A stretch of DNA of 64,000 nucleotides from Candidatus Latescibacterota bacterium. GTDB taxonomy: Bacteria; Latescibacterota; UBA2968; GCA-2709665. This document shows positions 29,776 through 39,521 of the stretch, piece after piece. The notes beneath the pieces are model-generated. The model saw nothing but the letters and a program-made list of their open reading frames with translations. It was not told the origin of the DNA and ran no database searches. Where the stretch lies: the NCBI GenBank assembly GCA_965205485.1, contig OZ242180.1, forward strand, positions 2,560,001 to 2,624,000. Direction: 5' to 3'. How positions within the stretch are numbered: position 1 is the stretch's first letter; each line of letters opens with the position of its first letter. Made by a program: the position numbers and the translations under genes.

Positions 29776-32547
29776 ATGAAAGATCGACAATGGCGGTGTG
29801 TTCGCCTGTTGTTGGTTTCTGCGCTGATCATCGCCTTGCAATTGCCGGTTAACGCGCCTGCCGCCGGAACGTCGTTGTCTGAACTGGATGCCGTGTACGC
29901 AAGGGGCCTGAAAGCCCGTGACGTGCCGGCGGTGGTGGCGGCGGCGAAGGCGTTGGAACGGGCTCTTGTCGACCATCCGGACCACGCGGGACTCATTCTG
30001 AACCGGGTTGGCATGCTGTACCTGCGGGTGGGCAGAGCTCGGGACGCGCGCTCGGCATTTGAACGGGCGGTGGGATTCGACCCGAAGCTGGCCACGGCGC
30101 ATTGCGGCCTCGGACGGGTGGCCCTGGAACTGGAAGGAGACCCCGAAGCGGCGTTGCCTCATCTGGAAGCAGCCCTGGTGGCCGATCCCACGTATACCTG
30201 GACGCACACGTATCTGGCGCGGGCCCTGGCTCAGGTCGGGCACCAGCTTCTTGTAGCCGGCGCCCCGGACAGTGCGCGCACGGCGTTTGAACGGGCGGTT
30301 GGATTCAATCCGAAACAGACCACCGCGCATAGCGGCCTGGGCAGGCTGGCGCTCGAACAGGCGTCCGACCCGGAGGCGGCGCTGCCGCATCTGGAAGCCG
30401 CACTGAGCGCCGATTCCACCAATGCCGAAGCGCACTACCTGCTTGCCAGGGCCTACCAGGAAACCGGGCGCCCGGGGGCGAGGCAGGCTGCGGACCGGGC
30501 GCTTCAGTACAACTCCAGGTATGCGCCCGCCCATCTGCTGCTGGCCGAATCACACCGTGAGGAGGGAGACCTTCATGGTGCGATGGTCTACTTCGAAAAG
30601 TACCTGGAGCTGAAGCCCGCGGACCAGGAAGGAGCGCTGGCATTTGCCGGAGAGTTGCTGGAAAACGGAAGATTCAAAGAGGTCGAAACCCTCACGTCAC
30701 TGATGTCCGACGACCTCGCGCTGCCGCTGCTGGCGCAGGCGCTGATGGCGCGGGGCGATTACGAAGGCGCCCTGCGGGGGTTCAAGGTTTACGTCGAAAG
30801 TCTGGAACCGGAAGAACAGGCGCTTTACCGGGACATCTCGCTGGTGGGTCTGCCGCATGAAATCGATGCGTATCGCAACACACCCCCCGAAAAGCGGGCC
30901 GCGTTTCTGCAGCGCTTCTGGCTCCGCCACGACCCGTTCAAGGCCTCACGGGGCGCAATGCGTCGCGCCGAGCACTATCGTCGGGTATGGTACGCGAGGA
31001 CAAATTTCGGAACGCTGAAGTGGCCCTGGGACCGCCGCGGCGAAGTGTACATCAGGTACGGGGAACCGGACTACCGCTCCTCCTCGATCCAGCCGAATCC
31101 AAAGATCCCGCCGGCGGTCGAACGTGTGCAGGACAATATGGCCTACCAGCTGTACGGCACTCAGGGCGTGGGCATCAGCTACGTAGGACCTGTCTTTCCC
31201 GTCCGAACCGATCTGGGATCCTTTCTGGAGCCCAGCGAGGACATCCGGCGCGACCTGCAGGCTGCTGTAATCGAGGAGCTCGATCTGGCCGTGTTTGCAC
31301 CCGATCAGGCCGAACCGGGCGCCGATGGCAATCCCGCCGCGTCACCGCAGCAACTGATAGATCTCGAAGACTCTCCCATTGAGGCCGGCATCGATCTGGA
31401 TCCCGAATTCGCGATCGGGCTGAGCGGATGGAAGCCGGTAACGACGGGGCACAACTGGGCGTCGGTGCCCTGGGAGGTCTGGGTATACGCGGGCGTGGGA
31501 AAGGGACTGGAAGTCGCCTTCACGGATGAACGGAACTCCGGCGTATACGACTATGCGCCAGTCCCCGGTGTAAGCAGCCAGGATCTCAAGAACCTCGATG
31601 AAGACCCCCATGTGGGGCAGATGGCCTATGTGCGGCTCATGCAGCGGCTGACGGAACTGGCGCCTGCAACCCGTGTTGCGTCCGTGTCGCGCGAGGAGCC
31701 GGAGTACTTCAGCGTATCGGGTTTCGAGGCGCTCGACTTCAGCTACGACGTGGTCACTTTCCGTGGCAAGAACGGCGGAACGGAAATCCAGGTCAACGTC
31801 GGCATTCCCATTGAGCATGTCGCGCTGCCCGGGGATACGGACGACGACGTGATGGTCAACCGGCGGGTCGCGCTGATGGACGTCCGGTACACGAAGGTGC
31901 TGGCGCTGCAGCAGGACCTGGAGGTGCCCGTCTCGGGGCGGCGGCGTGACCGTGCCCTTCTGGACCGGGTGGATCTCCTGGACGTGCTGCCGGGGGACTA
32001 CGAACTGGCCCTGCAGGTGCAGCGGCACAACACGAAACGGCTGCAGGCGTATTCGCAGAAGCTCGCGGTGGAAGATTACTCCGGTGAGGGTCTGAAGCTG
32101 AGCGATCTGTTCGTGGCGCGTCAGGTGACGGCCGTGATGCCCGGGTCCGACCCGAAGTTCGTCCGCGGCAAGTGGAACGTCACACCGCTGCCTTCGCATG
32201 TCTTCGACGCGGGGCAGCACGTGTTTGTCTTCTTCGAAATCTATAATCTCACGCCGGATGAATTCGGGGCGACGCGTTACGAGGTGGTTTATGAGGTTTA
32301 CAGCACCGATGAGAGGGGCACCAGCCTCTCACGCCTCTCGACAAGAGTCCTGGGGCGGTCGGAATCGGCTGTGACCGTACGTTACGAACAGACCGGGTCC
32401 GAGGCGTCGGTATCGGACTACGTGGCGCTGGACATCGGAGAGACCGCCGCCGGGCGCCGCAGGGTCCGCATGACCGTAAAGGACATGAACAGCGGACAGC
32501 GGACCACCAAGGAAGGCCGCTTCTGGGTCAGGGAAGCAACGCAATAA
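29776..32547 (+). CDS. TPR + GWxTD-domain secreted protein
   Basis: N-terminal TPRs; FLQRFWLRHDP…EHYRRVWYARTNF…WDRRGEVYIRYGEPD; WEVWVY; LKLSDL and FFEIYNL Ig-like tail. Confidence 0.85.
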   Translation: MKDRQWRCVRLLLVSALIIALQLPVNAPAAGTSLSELDAVYARGLKARDVPAVVAAAKALERALVDHPDHAGLILNRVGMLYLRVGRARDARSAFERAVGFDPKLATAHCGLGRVALELEGDPEAALPHLEAALVADPTYTWTHTYLARALAQVGHQLLVAGAPDSARTAFERAVGFNPKQTTAHSGLGRLALEQASDPEAALPHLEAALSADSTNAEAHYLLARAYQETGRPGARQAADRALQYNSRYAPAHLLLAESHREEGDLHGAMVYFEKYLELKPADQEGALAFAGELLENGRFKEVETLTSLMSDDLALPLLAQALMARGDYEGALRGFKVYVESLEPEEQALYRDISLVGLPHEIDAYRNTPPEKRAAFLQRFWLRHDPFKASRGAMRRAEHYRRVWYARTNFGTLKWPWDRRGEVYIRYGEPDYRSSSIQPNPKIPPAVERVQDNMAYQLYGTQGVGISYVGPVFPVRTDLGSFLEPSEDIRRDLQAAVIEELDLAVFAPDQAEPGADGNPAASPQQLIDLEDSPIEAGIDLDPEFAIGLSGWKPVTTGHNWASVPWEVWVYAGVGKGLEVAFTDERNSGVYDYAPVPGVSSQDLKNLDEDPHVGQMAYVRLMQRLTELAPATRVASVSREEPEYFSVSGFEALDFSYDVVTFRGKNGGTEIQVNVGIPIEHVALPGDTDDDVMVNRRVALMDVRYTKVLALQQDLEVPVSGRRRDRALLDRVDLLDVLPGDYELALQVQRHNTKRLQAYSQKLAVEDYSGEGLKLSDLFVARQVTAVMPGSDPKFVRGKWNVTPLPSHVFDAGQHVFVFFEIYNLTPDEFGATRYEVVYEVYSTDERGTSLSRLSTRVLGRSESAVTVRYEQTGSEASVSDYVALDIGETAAGRRRVRMTVKDMNSGQRTTKEGRFWVREATQ

Positions 32548-32616
32548 TCGGAAATGATGTCCGGGGTGGGGGACCCGGGGGAGATCGTCTCCGATCAGAA
32601 GGAGGAAGACCGCGAG

Positions 32617-33492
32617 ATGGCCGACGATGTGATGGAAATGCTCGGCGAGGACGTCGTCCTGTGCGACGGCGGCATGATTCTGGAAGCCAGGTGGCGCGGG
32701 TACGACACGCCGGCGGCGATCGTGGAACATCCGGACGCCATCCGGCAGATCCACCGGGATTTCCTGAACGCCGGCTCCCAGGTGCTTGAAGCGGTGACCT
32801 GGTTTACGTCACGGTCCCAGTTGGATCGTCATTTCGGATGGGGCGGCCGGCTGGACGAGGTGAACCGGATGGGCGTGCAGCTTGCGAAAGAGGCGTCCTC
32901 CGGGACGGCGCCGGTGGGCGGATGCCTGGTCTCCACGCGGACCGGGTCCTGGGAGGGCGATCCGATATTCGATCCGCAAGACCCCTCTTCCAGGGACCGG
33001 GCAAAGGCGGAGTGGGACGAACAGATCGCGATTCTGGTGGACGCGGGAGCGGATTTTCTCATTCCGGAGACGTTTCATCGCCTCGACGAGGTGCTGGTCT
33101 GCCTGGAGTGCTGCAAGAAGACGAGCGTTCCGACCATGGTATTCCTGGGTATGAGCCGGACGACGGAAGACGGCGCCACCGCTGCCGAGTGCGCCCGTGT
33201 ACTGGCCGGAGAGGGTGCCGACGTGGTGGGTCTGGTATGCAACGGAGCGCCCGAGGGGATGTTGAATCTCGTCACCGAGATGCGTCAGGCGGTGGATGTG
33301 CCCGTCGCGTGGCAACCCAATGGGTTCGGTCCGGGCGGAAAGGACACCCGTGTACCCCTGGACGTGATGGCCGGCTGCGCGGCAAAGGCGAAGGCGGAAG
33401 GGATCAATCTCATCGGTGCATGCTGTGGGGCGGGCCCGAACGTGATCAGGGCGATGGCGCGGGCGCTGGGACGCGGCCCCGAAGCCGCCTGA
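32617..33492 (+). CDS. Homocysteine S-methyltransferase family protein, paralogue 2
   Basis: VLCDGGM, FLIPETF, VVGLVC, LIGACCGAGP; clearly similar to 114-1028. Confidence 0.9.
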   Translation: MADDVMEMLGEDVVLCDGGMILEARWRGYDTPAAIVEHPDAIRQIHRDFLNAGSQVLEAVTWFTSRSQLDRHFGWGGRLDEVNRMGVQLAKEASSGTAPVGGCLVSTRTGSWEGDPIFDPQDPSSRDRAKAEWDEQIAILVDAGADFLIPETFHRLDEVLVCLECCKKTSVPTMVFLGMSRTTEDGATAAECARVLAGEGADVVGLVCNGAPEGMLNLVTEMRQAVDVPVAWQPNGFGPGGKDTRVPLDVMAGCAAKAKAEGINLIGACCGAGPNVIRAMARALGRGPEAA

Positions 33493-33598
33493 ACCGGCCT
33501 TTCCGAATTGCCTCCTGTCGTTGACGGATGGCCGCCATGGACAATAAACGCATGTCGAACTCGTGTACGCCGGCCGTGCAGGCAGCGTGGAGTGTACA

Positions 33599-34309
33599 AT
33601 GCCACAACAGCTGCCTCCCAGACCCTGGATTACCGAAACGACCATCCGGACCAGGCGACCCGAAGCGGACTTGAAGGCGCAGTACCGGAAGGTCTTCCCC
33701 CTGTGCGTCGGGATCTCGCTCGCCCTGCACGCGGCCGTTGCGTTTACGTTCCCGGCCTTCCGGCTCCGCACGCCAATCCCCGCAAGACATCCGATTCTCA
33801 TTCAGGCAACTGACGTGCCGGAGACCCGTCAGGGCATGCGGCTTCCGGCTCTCGTACGGCCGACGGTCCCTCTCGAAACCGACAGCCGCGATCTGCTTCC
33901 TGAGGAGTTGACGGTCGCCGCCTCCGCCGAACTCGATTTCGACGCTGTGTCCATACGCCTCTCCGCGCCCCCGGACTCCGCGGTATCGGCACCTTTCAAG
34001 GACGAGGAGGTGGATGGGGAAGTCGTCCTCCCCGCACGCCTCGTGGAAAGGAAGCCGCGGCTCCTCGAACAGGTGGAGCCGGCGTATCCGGAGGAAGCGC
34101 GGCGGGCCGGCCTGGAAGGCGTGGTCCTGATGGAATTCACCGTGGGAAAGGACGGGCGGGTCAAGGACAGCGCTGTTCTCAAGGGGCACGAGTTGTTTCA
34201 CCAGGCTTCGCTCGATGCCCTCTCAGTTTTCCGATATCTTCCCGGGTACCAGAACCGGGAGGCCGTTGAAGTGCGTATGTATATCTACATCCGGTTTCAA
34301 CTCGACTGA
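33599..34309 (+). CDS. tonB: Energy transducer TonB
   Basis: TM segment ISLALH; Pro-rich linker; PAYPEEARRAGLEGVVLMEFTVGKDGRV TonB_C domain. Confidence 0.88.
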   Translation: MPQQLPPRPWITETTIRTRRPEADLKAQYRKVFPLCVGISLALHAAVAFTFPAFRLRTPIPARHPILIQATDVPETRQGMRLPALVRPTVPLETDSRDLLPEELTVAASAELDFDAVSIRLSAPPDSAVSAPFKDEEVDGEVVLPARLVERKPRLLEQVEPAYPEEARRAGLEGVVLMEFTVGKDGRVKDSAVLKGHELFHQASLDALSVFRYLPGYQNREAVEVRMYIYIRFQLD

Positions 34310-34328
34310 AGTATGTGGAGGGGCGTAC

Positions 34329-35525
34329 ATGGACGAAATTCGCATTGGGATCGCGGGACTCGGCAACCGCGGCCTGCACTGGATCCGGCTGCTGCAGAGT
34401 ATTCCGGGCTTTCGCATCACGGCCGTCTACGACTGGATCGAACCGCTTCAGGAGCGGGCCCTCGCCGGGATTTCCTATCGAAACGAGGTGGCGGCGTTCA
34501 GCGACTACGAGGATTTCCTCGCATACGATCGCATGGACGCGGTGGGCCTTGTGGTGAGGCAGGGCGAGGTCGGGCGCATGGCGGCGGAGGCCCTGGAAGC
34601 GGGCAAGCACGTGAACAGCGAGGTGCCGGGTGCGTACAGGATGGAGGAGTGCTGGCGCATCGTAACGAACGTGGAACGGACGGGGCTGGTCTACAGCCTG
34701 GCGGAACAGACGCGGTTCTGGGGGTTCGTGGACGGATGGAAACGCCTCGTGGACGATGGACGCCTGGGCAGGATCACCTATGCGGAAGGTCAGTACGTGG
34801 GGTATTACGGCACACACCAGTTCTTTCAGGACTACAGCACCGGGAAACAATATTCAATTGAGGAGTTGCCCGACCATCCCGAGGCCAGCCCCACGTTTCC
34901 CCACGAAACCCCGCCGATTATCGCTTCCTCCTACGATCTGAGCATTCTGTTGAAGATCCTGGACGATCGGGTGACGGAAGTCACGGCGATGAGCACGAAG
35001 CGGCCCAGCTATGCGCATCCTCAGATTCGAAAGCCGGATATCCAGGTGGCGCTGATGAAGACCGAAAAGGATACGCTGATTCGAATGCTGGACGGGCACA
35101 CGCAGCCTCGCCCGCACGGAGACCACCACTGGTGGCAGATGATTGGCACGAAGGGCAGCCTGGAGTGGCGGCGGTCGCGCCGCGAGAGGCCGAAAGTCTG
35201 GTTCGCGGACGCGCAGATGAACGACTGGACGGACGTGGATTGGGGCTTCGAACGTACCGACGCGCCGCCGGAGGCGCGAGGCAGCGGCCACGGCGACGCG
35301 GATTCCTACGTGCATATGCACTTTCGCGACGCGGTCCTCGAGGGGAAGCCGCTGGATTTCGACGTGTACAGGGCCATGGATACGGTTGCCGCGGCGGTTC
35401 GGGCCATTGACTCGATCGAGGAAGGGAGCCGGTTGATGCGGGTTCCCGATTTTCGCCCGAACCGGGACCGGGCGGCTGGCGAACTTCCGGCGGATCCTGG
35501 CGGCGTGGGGTTGCGCGGAGAGTGA
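34329..35525 (+). CDS. Gfo/Idh/MocA-family oxidoreductase (GH109-like motifs), paralogue A
   Basis: IGIAGLGNRG, AGKHVNSEVP, YAEGQY, GSGHGDAD. Confidence 0.88.
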   Translation: MDEIRIGIAGLGNRGLHWIRLLQSIPGFRITAVYDWIEPLQERALAGISYRNEVAAFSDYEDFLAYDRMDAVGLVVRQGEVGRMAAEALEAGKHVNSEVPGAYRMEECWRIVTNVERTGLVYSLAEQTRFWGFVDGWKRLVDDGRLGRITYAEGQYVGYYGTHQFFQDYSTGKQYSIEELPDHPEASPTFPHETPPIIASSYDLSILLKILDDRVTEVTAMSTKRPSYAHPQIRKPDIQVALMKTEKDTLIRMLDGHTQPRPHGDHHWWQMIGTKGSLEWRRSRRERPKVWFADAQMNDWTDVDWGFERTDAPPEARGSGHGDADSYVHMHFRDAVLEGKPLDFDVYRAMDTVAAAVRAIDSIEEGSRLMRVPDFRPNRDRAAGELPADPGGVGLRGE

Positions 35526-35528
35526 TCC

Positions 35529-37532
35529 ATGGCCAACGCCGGAACGGCGGAAGCGCGGCAACAGCATCCCGTGCGAAAAGGCGTAACGACGCGCGCCGTC
35601 GTGTTCGGGCTCGGGCTTTCCGTAGCCGTCAATCTGCTCGCCAATACGATGCGTTACGTTCAGCACGGATCGTACATGGCCATCAGCATGATCCCGATGG
35701 GCGACCTTCTTCTCTTTCTGGTGTCCATCCTGATCTGCGCGGCGCTTGCCCGGTGGTTCGGCCGCCGGTTCGTGCTGGCGCCCGCGGAATGGATCACGAT
35801 TTTCGGCATGGGCCTGATCAGCGCGATGGGCCCCACCTATGGGATCAGCGGGTATCTGGTGAGCCAGATGGTGGCTCCCTACTACTTCGCCACGCCAGAG
35901 AACCGGTGGTCGGAGTTTCTGCACCCGCATCTTCCAGGCTGGCTGATCTCAACGGACGAACAGCGGTCCATCACCCTGTTTTTCGAAGGGCTCCCGAACG
36001 GGATGTCCATTCCCTGGCACGACTGGTGGGGGCCGTTGCTGTGGTGGTTCGTATTTGTCGCCGTCCTGGGTTTCGCCTGCGTCTGCGTGTCGGTGATTCT
36101 GCATCGCCAGTGGGCGGACCACGAAAAACTGGTCTATCCCGCGCTGACGCCGGTCCTGGAAATGGCGAACCGGAGCGGGACCGGGGCGCGCGTCCTTCCG
36201 GAATTCATGAAGGGAAAGGCGTTCTGGGCGGGGTTCGGACTCACGTCCGGGGTCTTCTGGCTGAATATGGTGCACTGGTTCTATCCCGCCTTTCCGAAGG
36301 TAATGAACACCCGCATGAGCTATGTGTGGGATCTCCTGCCCAAACAGTATCCCCCGTTCTGCGTCTATGTGAGCATCTTCGTCATCTGTTTTTCCTATTT
36401 CGCCAACCTGGAAGTACTCTTCAGCATCTGGTTCTTCGACATTCTCTATATGATCGAAGCCGGCATCCTGAATCGACTTGGTGTAGTGGCGACGTCCCCG
36501 CACTACGGTTCCGGCCCGTATAATCTCACGAGCTACAAATTTCAGACGGCGGGCGCCTTCGCGGCGCTGGTGATCTGGTGGCTCTGGATCTCCCGGGGGC
36601 ACCTGCGCGAAGTCTTCCGGAAGGCGTTACGTCCGGGCGGTTCAGCCCTGGACGACAGCAGGGAGTGGATATCCTATCGCGCGGCCGTTGTCGGGCTGGT
36701 CGTCTGCAACGTTTACATTGTGGCCTGGCTCGCTCGGATCGGCGTCGAGCCGGGAATGATCCTGGTATTGACGCCGGCCATGTTCATCGCGTACGTGGGT
36801 GTGGCGAAGGTGGTCGCCGACTCTGGGCTGGTGTACGTGGATCCCCCCGCGGTAGCCTGGGACTACGCGCTGTTTGCGCTGGGCGGTGCGCACAGGCTGA
36901 CCCCGTCGACGAACGCCGCCTCCAGCTTGCTGCCGTTCACGGTCAACCACCCCAGGAGTTTCGCGTTGCCTATGATCGCGCAGGTGAACCGCCTGGGAGA
37001 TTTCATACCCGAAGGCAAGCGGCGCTTTTTCTGGGGAATGTTCGGGGCGTTCATGGTCGGTATGGTGGTGTCGACGCTCCATACGGTCTGGCTGGCCTAC
37101 ACCATGGGCGGGTACAATTTTCAGCCGAACTGGCTGATTCTTCACGAGGGTGAATGGCACTACGGCCTGGCGGTGGATGCGCTGCGCAACCCCCGGCCGA
37201 TCCTGGCCGTGGAATACTGGCTGTTCCTCGCGGGAGTCGTTATCATGACGGCCCTGAACGTCATGCGATACCGGCTGCCCAGGTGGCGGCTGCACCCGGT
37301 GGGGTTCGCGCTTTCGGGCACGATATTCGCCAGGCTGGAAAGCCTGACGCTTCTGGTCGCGTGGCTGATCAAGTTCCTCATGCTCAGGATTGGCGGCACG
37401 GCGTTCTACCGGCGATCGCTGCCCTTTTTCATCGGGATTCTGACGGCATACATCATTGCGGTAATCGCGGGCACGGTCGTGGACGCCATCTGGTTTCCGA
37501 ATTCGGGTCACAGGGTTCACAGTTGGCATTGA
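35529..37532 (+). CDS. DUF6785/DUF6784-like polytopic membrane protein (putative transporter), paralogue A
   Basis: About 15 hydrophobic segments; PYYFATPENRW, RQWADHEKLVYP, WRLHPVGF. Confidence 0.8.
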   Translation: MANAGTAEARQQHPVRKGVTTRAVVFGLGLSVAVNLLANTMRYVQHGSYMAISMIPMGDLLLFLVSILICAALARWFGRRFVLAPAEWITIFGMGLISAMGPTYGISGYLVSQMVAPYYFATPENRWSEFLHPHLPGWLISTDEQRSITLFFEGLPNGMSIPWHDWWGPLLWWFVFVAVLGFACVCVSVILHRQWADHEKLVYPALTPVLEMANRSGTGARVLPEFMKGKAFWAGFGLTSGVFWLNMVHWFYPAFPKVMNTRMSYVWDLLPKQYPPFCVYVSIFVICFSYFANLEVLFSIWFFDILYMIEAGILNRLGVVATSPHYGSGPYNLTSYKFQTAGAFAALVIWWLWISRGHLREVFRKALRPGGSALDDSREWISYRAAVVGLVVCNVYIVAWLARIGVEPGMILVLTPAMFIAYVGVAKVVADSGLVYVDPPAVAWDYALFALGGAHRLTPSTNAASSLLPFTVNHPRSFALPMIAQVNRLGDFIPEGKRRFFWGMFGAFMVGMVVSTLHTVWLAYTMGGYNFQPNWLILHEGEWHYGLAVDALRNPRPILAVEYWLFLAGVVIMTALNVMRYRLPRWRLHPVGFALSGTIFARLESLTLLVAWLIKFLMLRIGGTAFYRRSLPFFIGILTAYIIAVIAGTVVDAIWFPNSGHRVHSWH

Positions 37533-37561
37533 TGGACCTCTCCGCCCGACCCTTCACCGGG

Positions 37562-37785
37562 CTGTCAGCGATCAGCCGTCAGCTGTCAGCGTGAACCGGT
37601 CATCGATACGGATTGGCAATGACAACCGGCGATAACCACGCCTGCGTGGGAATTTGTAGGGGCGACCGGCCGGTCGCCCGTCGTTCTGCACGCAAAATCG
37701 GCCTCACACGGAGACACGAAGACACGAAGACACAAAGGGAAAGACAGAAACCAGCTGTCAGCTCTCAGCCGTCAGCTAACAGCCA
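37562..37785. repeat. Cluster of short repeats: CAGCNRT heptamers, GTAG REP (37656-37679) and GACACGAA-type units
   Basis: CTGTCAGCGATCAGCCGTCAGCTGTCAGC; GTAGGGGCGACCGGCCGGTCGCCC; GAGACACGAAGACACGAAGACACAAAG. Confidence 0.8.
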
Positions 37786-37824
37786 TAAGCGGTTCATGTA
37801 AAAGACTATTGTCAGGAGTCAAAG

Positions 37825-38059
37825 ATATCCACGCCGCCACGTGGGCAACCACAAGGGTTACCCCTACAGATCCAATTACGGCGCGTCCGGTCCGGGGGTT
37901 GGGGGTTTTTCCGTGTTAATCCGTCCAGCACGTTTGCACTGGTACCGGTGATAGGTTCGTAGGCCACACACGTCACAATTTCGCCACTGAGGGGGTTCAC
38001 GGAAAAACCGGCCCCCCGCCGAGGGGCGCGCTTCTTTTTGGTCCTTTTTCTTCCGCGCA
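37825..38059. repeat. Composite structured repeat, copy 3 (right half only; continues at 39359-39377 after the IS)
   Basis: REP at 37843-37867; stem 37904-37915 / 37998-38009; terminal hairpin split by IS481. Confidence 0.9.
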
Positions 38060-39358
38060 TGTACGGACCGGGTACATGGGTAACAGGTGTTCGGGTACAT
38101 AGGTAACACTTTTTGATGTGTTGTGCAGCAATTTATGTGTCATCATATTCCCGAAGGTCGAACGCACCGACGCGGTGGTTACAGAAGAAGACGTCGACGC
38201 ATCCATCTTTGGTTGTAGGCCGTACCGCTACGTGCAGGCCCCTCAGGGCGTTGCTGACACGAAGGCTGTGTCCTTGATAGCGGAAGTAGCCGTTCGCGCC
38301 CACCTTCCGCACGTGGTCGCCAGGGCCGTATTCGATCGGCGGCAACGCATCAGGGAACGCACGGTGAGAGGGTTCATAGCGGGTGGAGGGCACCTCGAGG
38401 TCCAGCGCTTCGTGGGGACGCTCGAAGTTGTAGACGTCGCGCCAGTGGTCGAACGCGTCCTGGCACTGGGGCAACGTGGACCAGGCGCGATAGGCGATCA
38501 CCTCCGCGTTCAACGTGCGGTGAAAGCGTTCCTCCTTGCCCTGGGTCTGCGGGTGATACGGACGACAGCGTGTCAGGCGGATGCCCAGGCGGATCAGCCA
38601 GATCGAGATACGCGAGACGGTACCGCCTTTTGTACCCCACCACGGCGCGCCATTGTCGCTCAGGATCTTGTCGGGCAGCCCATAGGTCCTGAAGATCTGT
38701 GTGAGGGCGGGTTGAACCGTGTCGCCTCTCTGATTGGGGCAGGCCACCAACCCCACGGAGAACCGCGAGTGGTCATCCAGCACCGTCAGCGGATGGCAGG
38801 CCCCGCGCCGCAACGGGAAGTGCCCCTTGAAGTCCATCTGCCACAGCGCATTCGGTACGGGATGCTCAAAGCGCTGCCACGGTTGACGCTCTGGACACGG
38901 TTCCGGAGATAGCCGGCCGCGGCGACGCAGGATCTGTGTAATGGTGCTTAACGCCGGCACCTCCCGTTCTCCCAGATCCTTCAACCGTCGCGACAGCTTG
39001 CGAGCACCCCACGCCGGGTGTTTATCTCGCAGTGCGATGATTTTATCTTCGACCGCTTTCGACGTGCGGTGCGGAATCGTTCCAGGACACCTGCTGCGGT
39101 CCTCGAAGTCACAACACGCGTCCTGTTTATAGCGGGACAGCCACTTGTATCCCGTCTTGCGGCTGATGCCATACCGTTCACACAACCTGCTGACATTGGC
39201 GCCTTCACGATGGGCGAAATCAACGAACTCTGATCGAGCAGACACTGCGGACACCTCGGGCCAGGCATTGTAGACCTCCTTTCTACAGGTCTACAATAAC
39301 ACTTTCAACTGTCACCCATGTGCCCGAACATGTGTTACCTATCTGCCCGGTCTATACA
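38060..39358 (-). mobile_element. IS481-family insertion sequence, 1299 bp, with 6-bp target duplication CGCGCA
   Basis: TGT…ACA ends; 26-bp imperfect IRs TGTACGGACCGGGTACATGGGTAACA / TGTTACCTATCTGCCCGGTCTATACA with subterminal repeats; CGCGCA at 38054-38059 and 39359-39364. Confidence 0.95.
38133..39268 (-). CDS. IS481-family DDE transposase; apparent 1-nt deletion just after the start codon
   Basis: HTH (GISRKTGYKWL), WQMDFKG, LDDHSRF, SDNG, QTQGKEERFHRTL, YNFERPHEAL. AGGAGG precedes ATG 39268, which reads MPWPEVS if one C is restored. Confidence 0.93.
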
Positions 39359-39521
39359 CGCGCATAAGAAAAAGGACGACGAAGAAAGAAGACAGAATTG
39401 AGAGGTAAGGCCTGTCTCTTGCAGGAGAGCAACTCTTGAGTGGATTGTCCGCATTTCGGAACTGAAATTAGCCACCTGTGAAGATTGTACCGAGTTGAGA
39501 CTAAAAGAGAGGAGGCTACTT

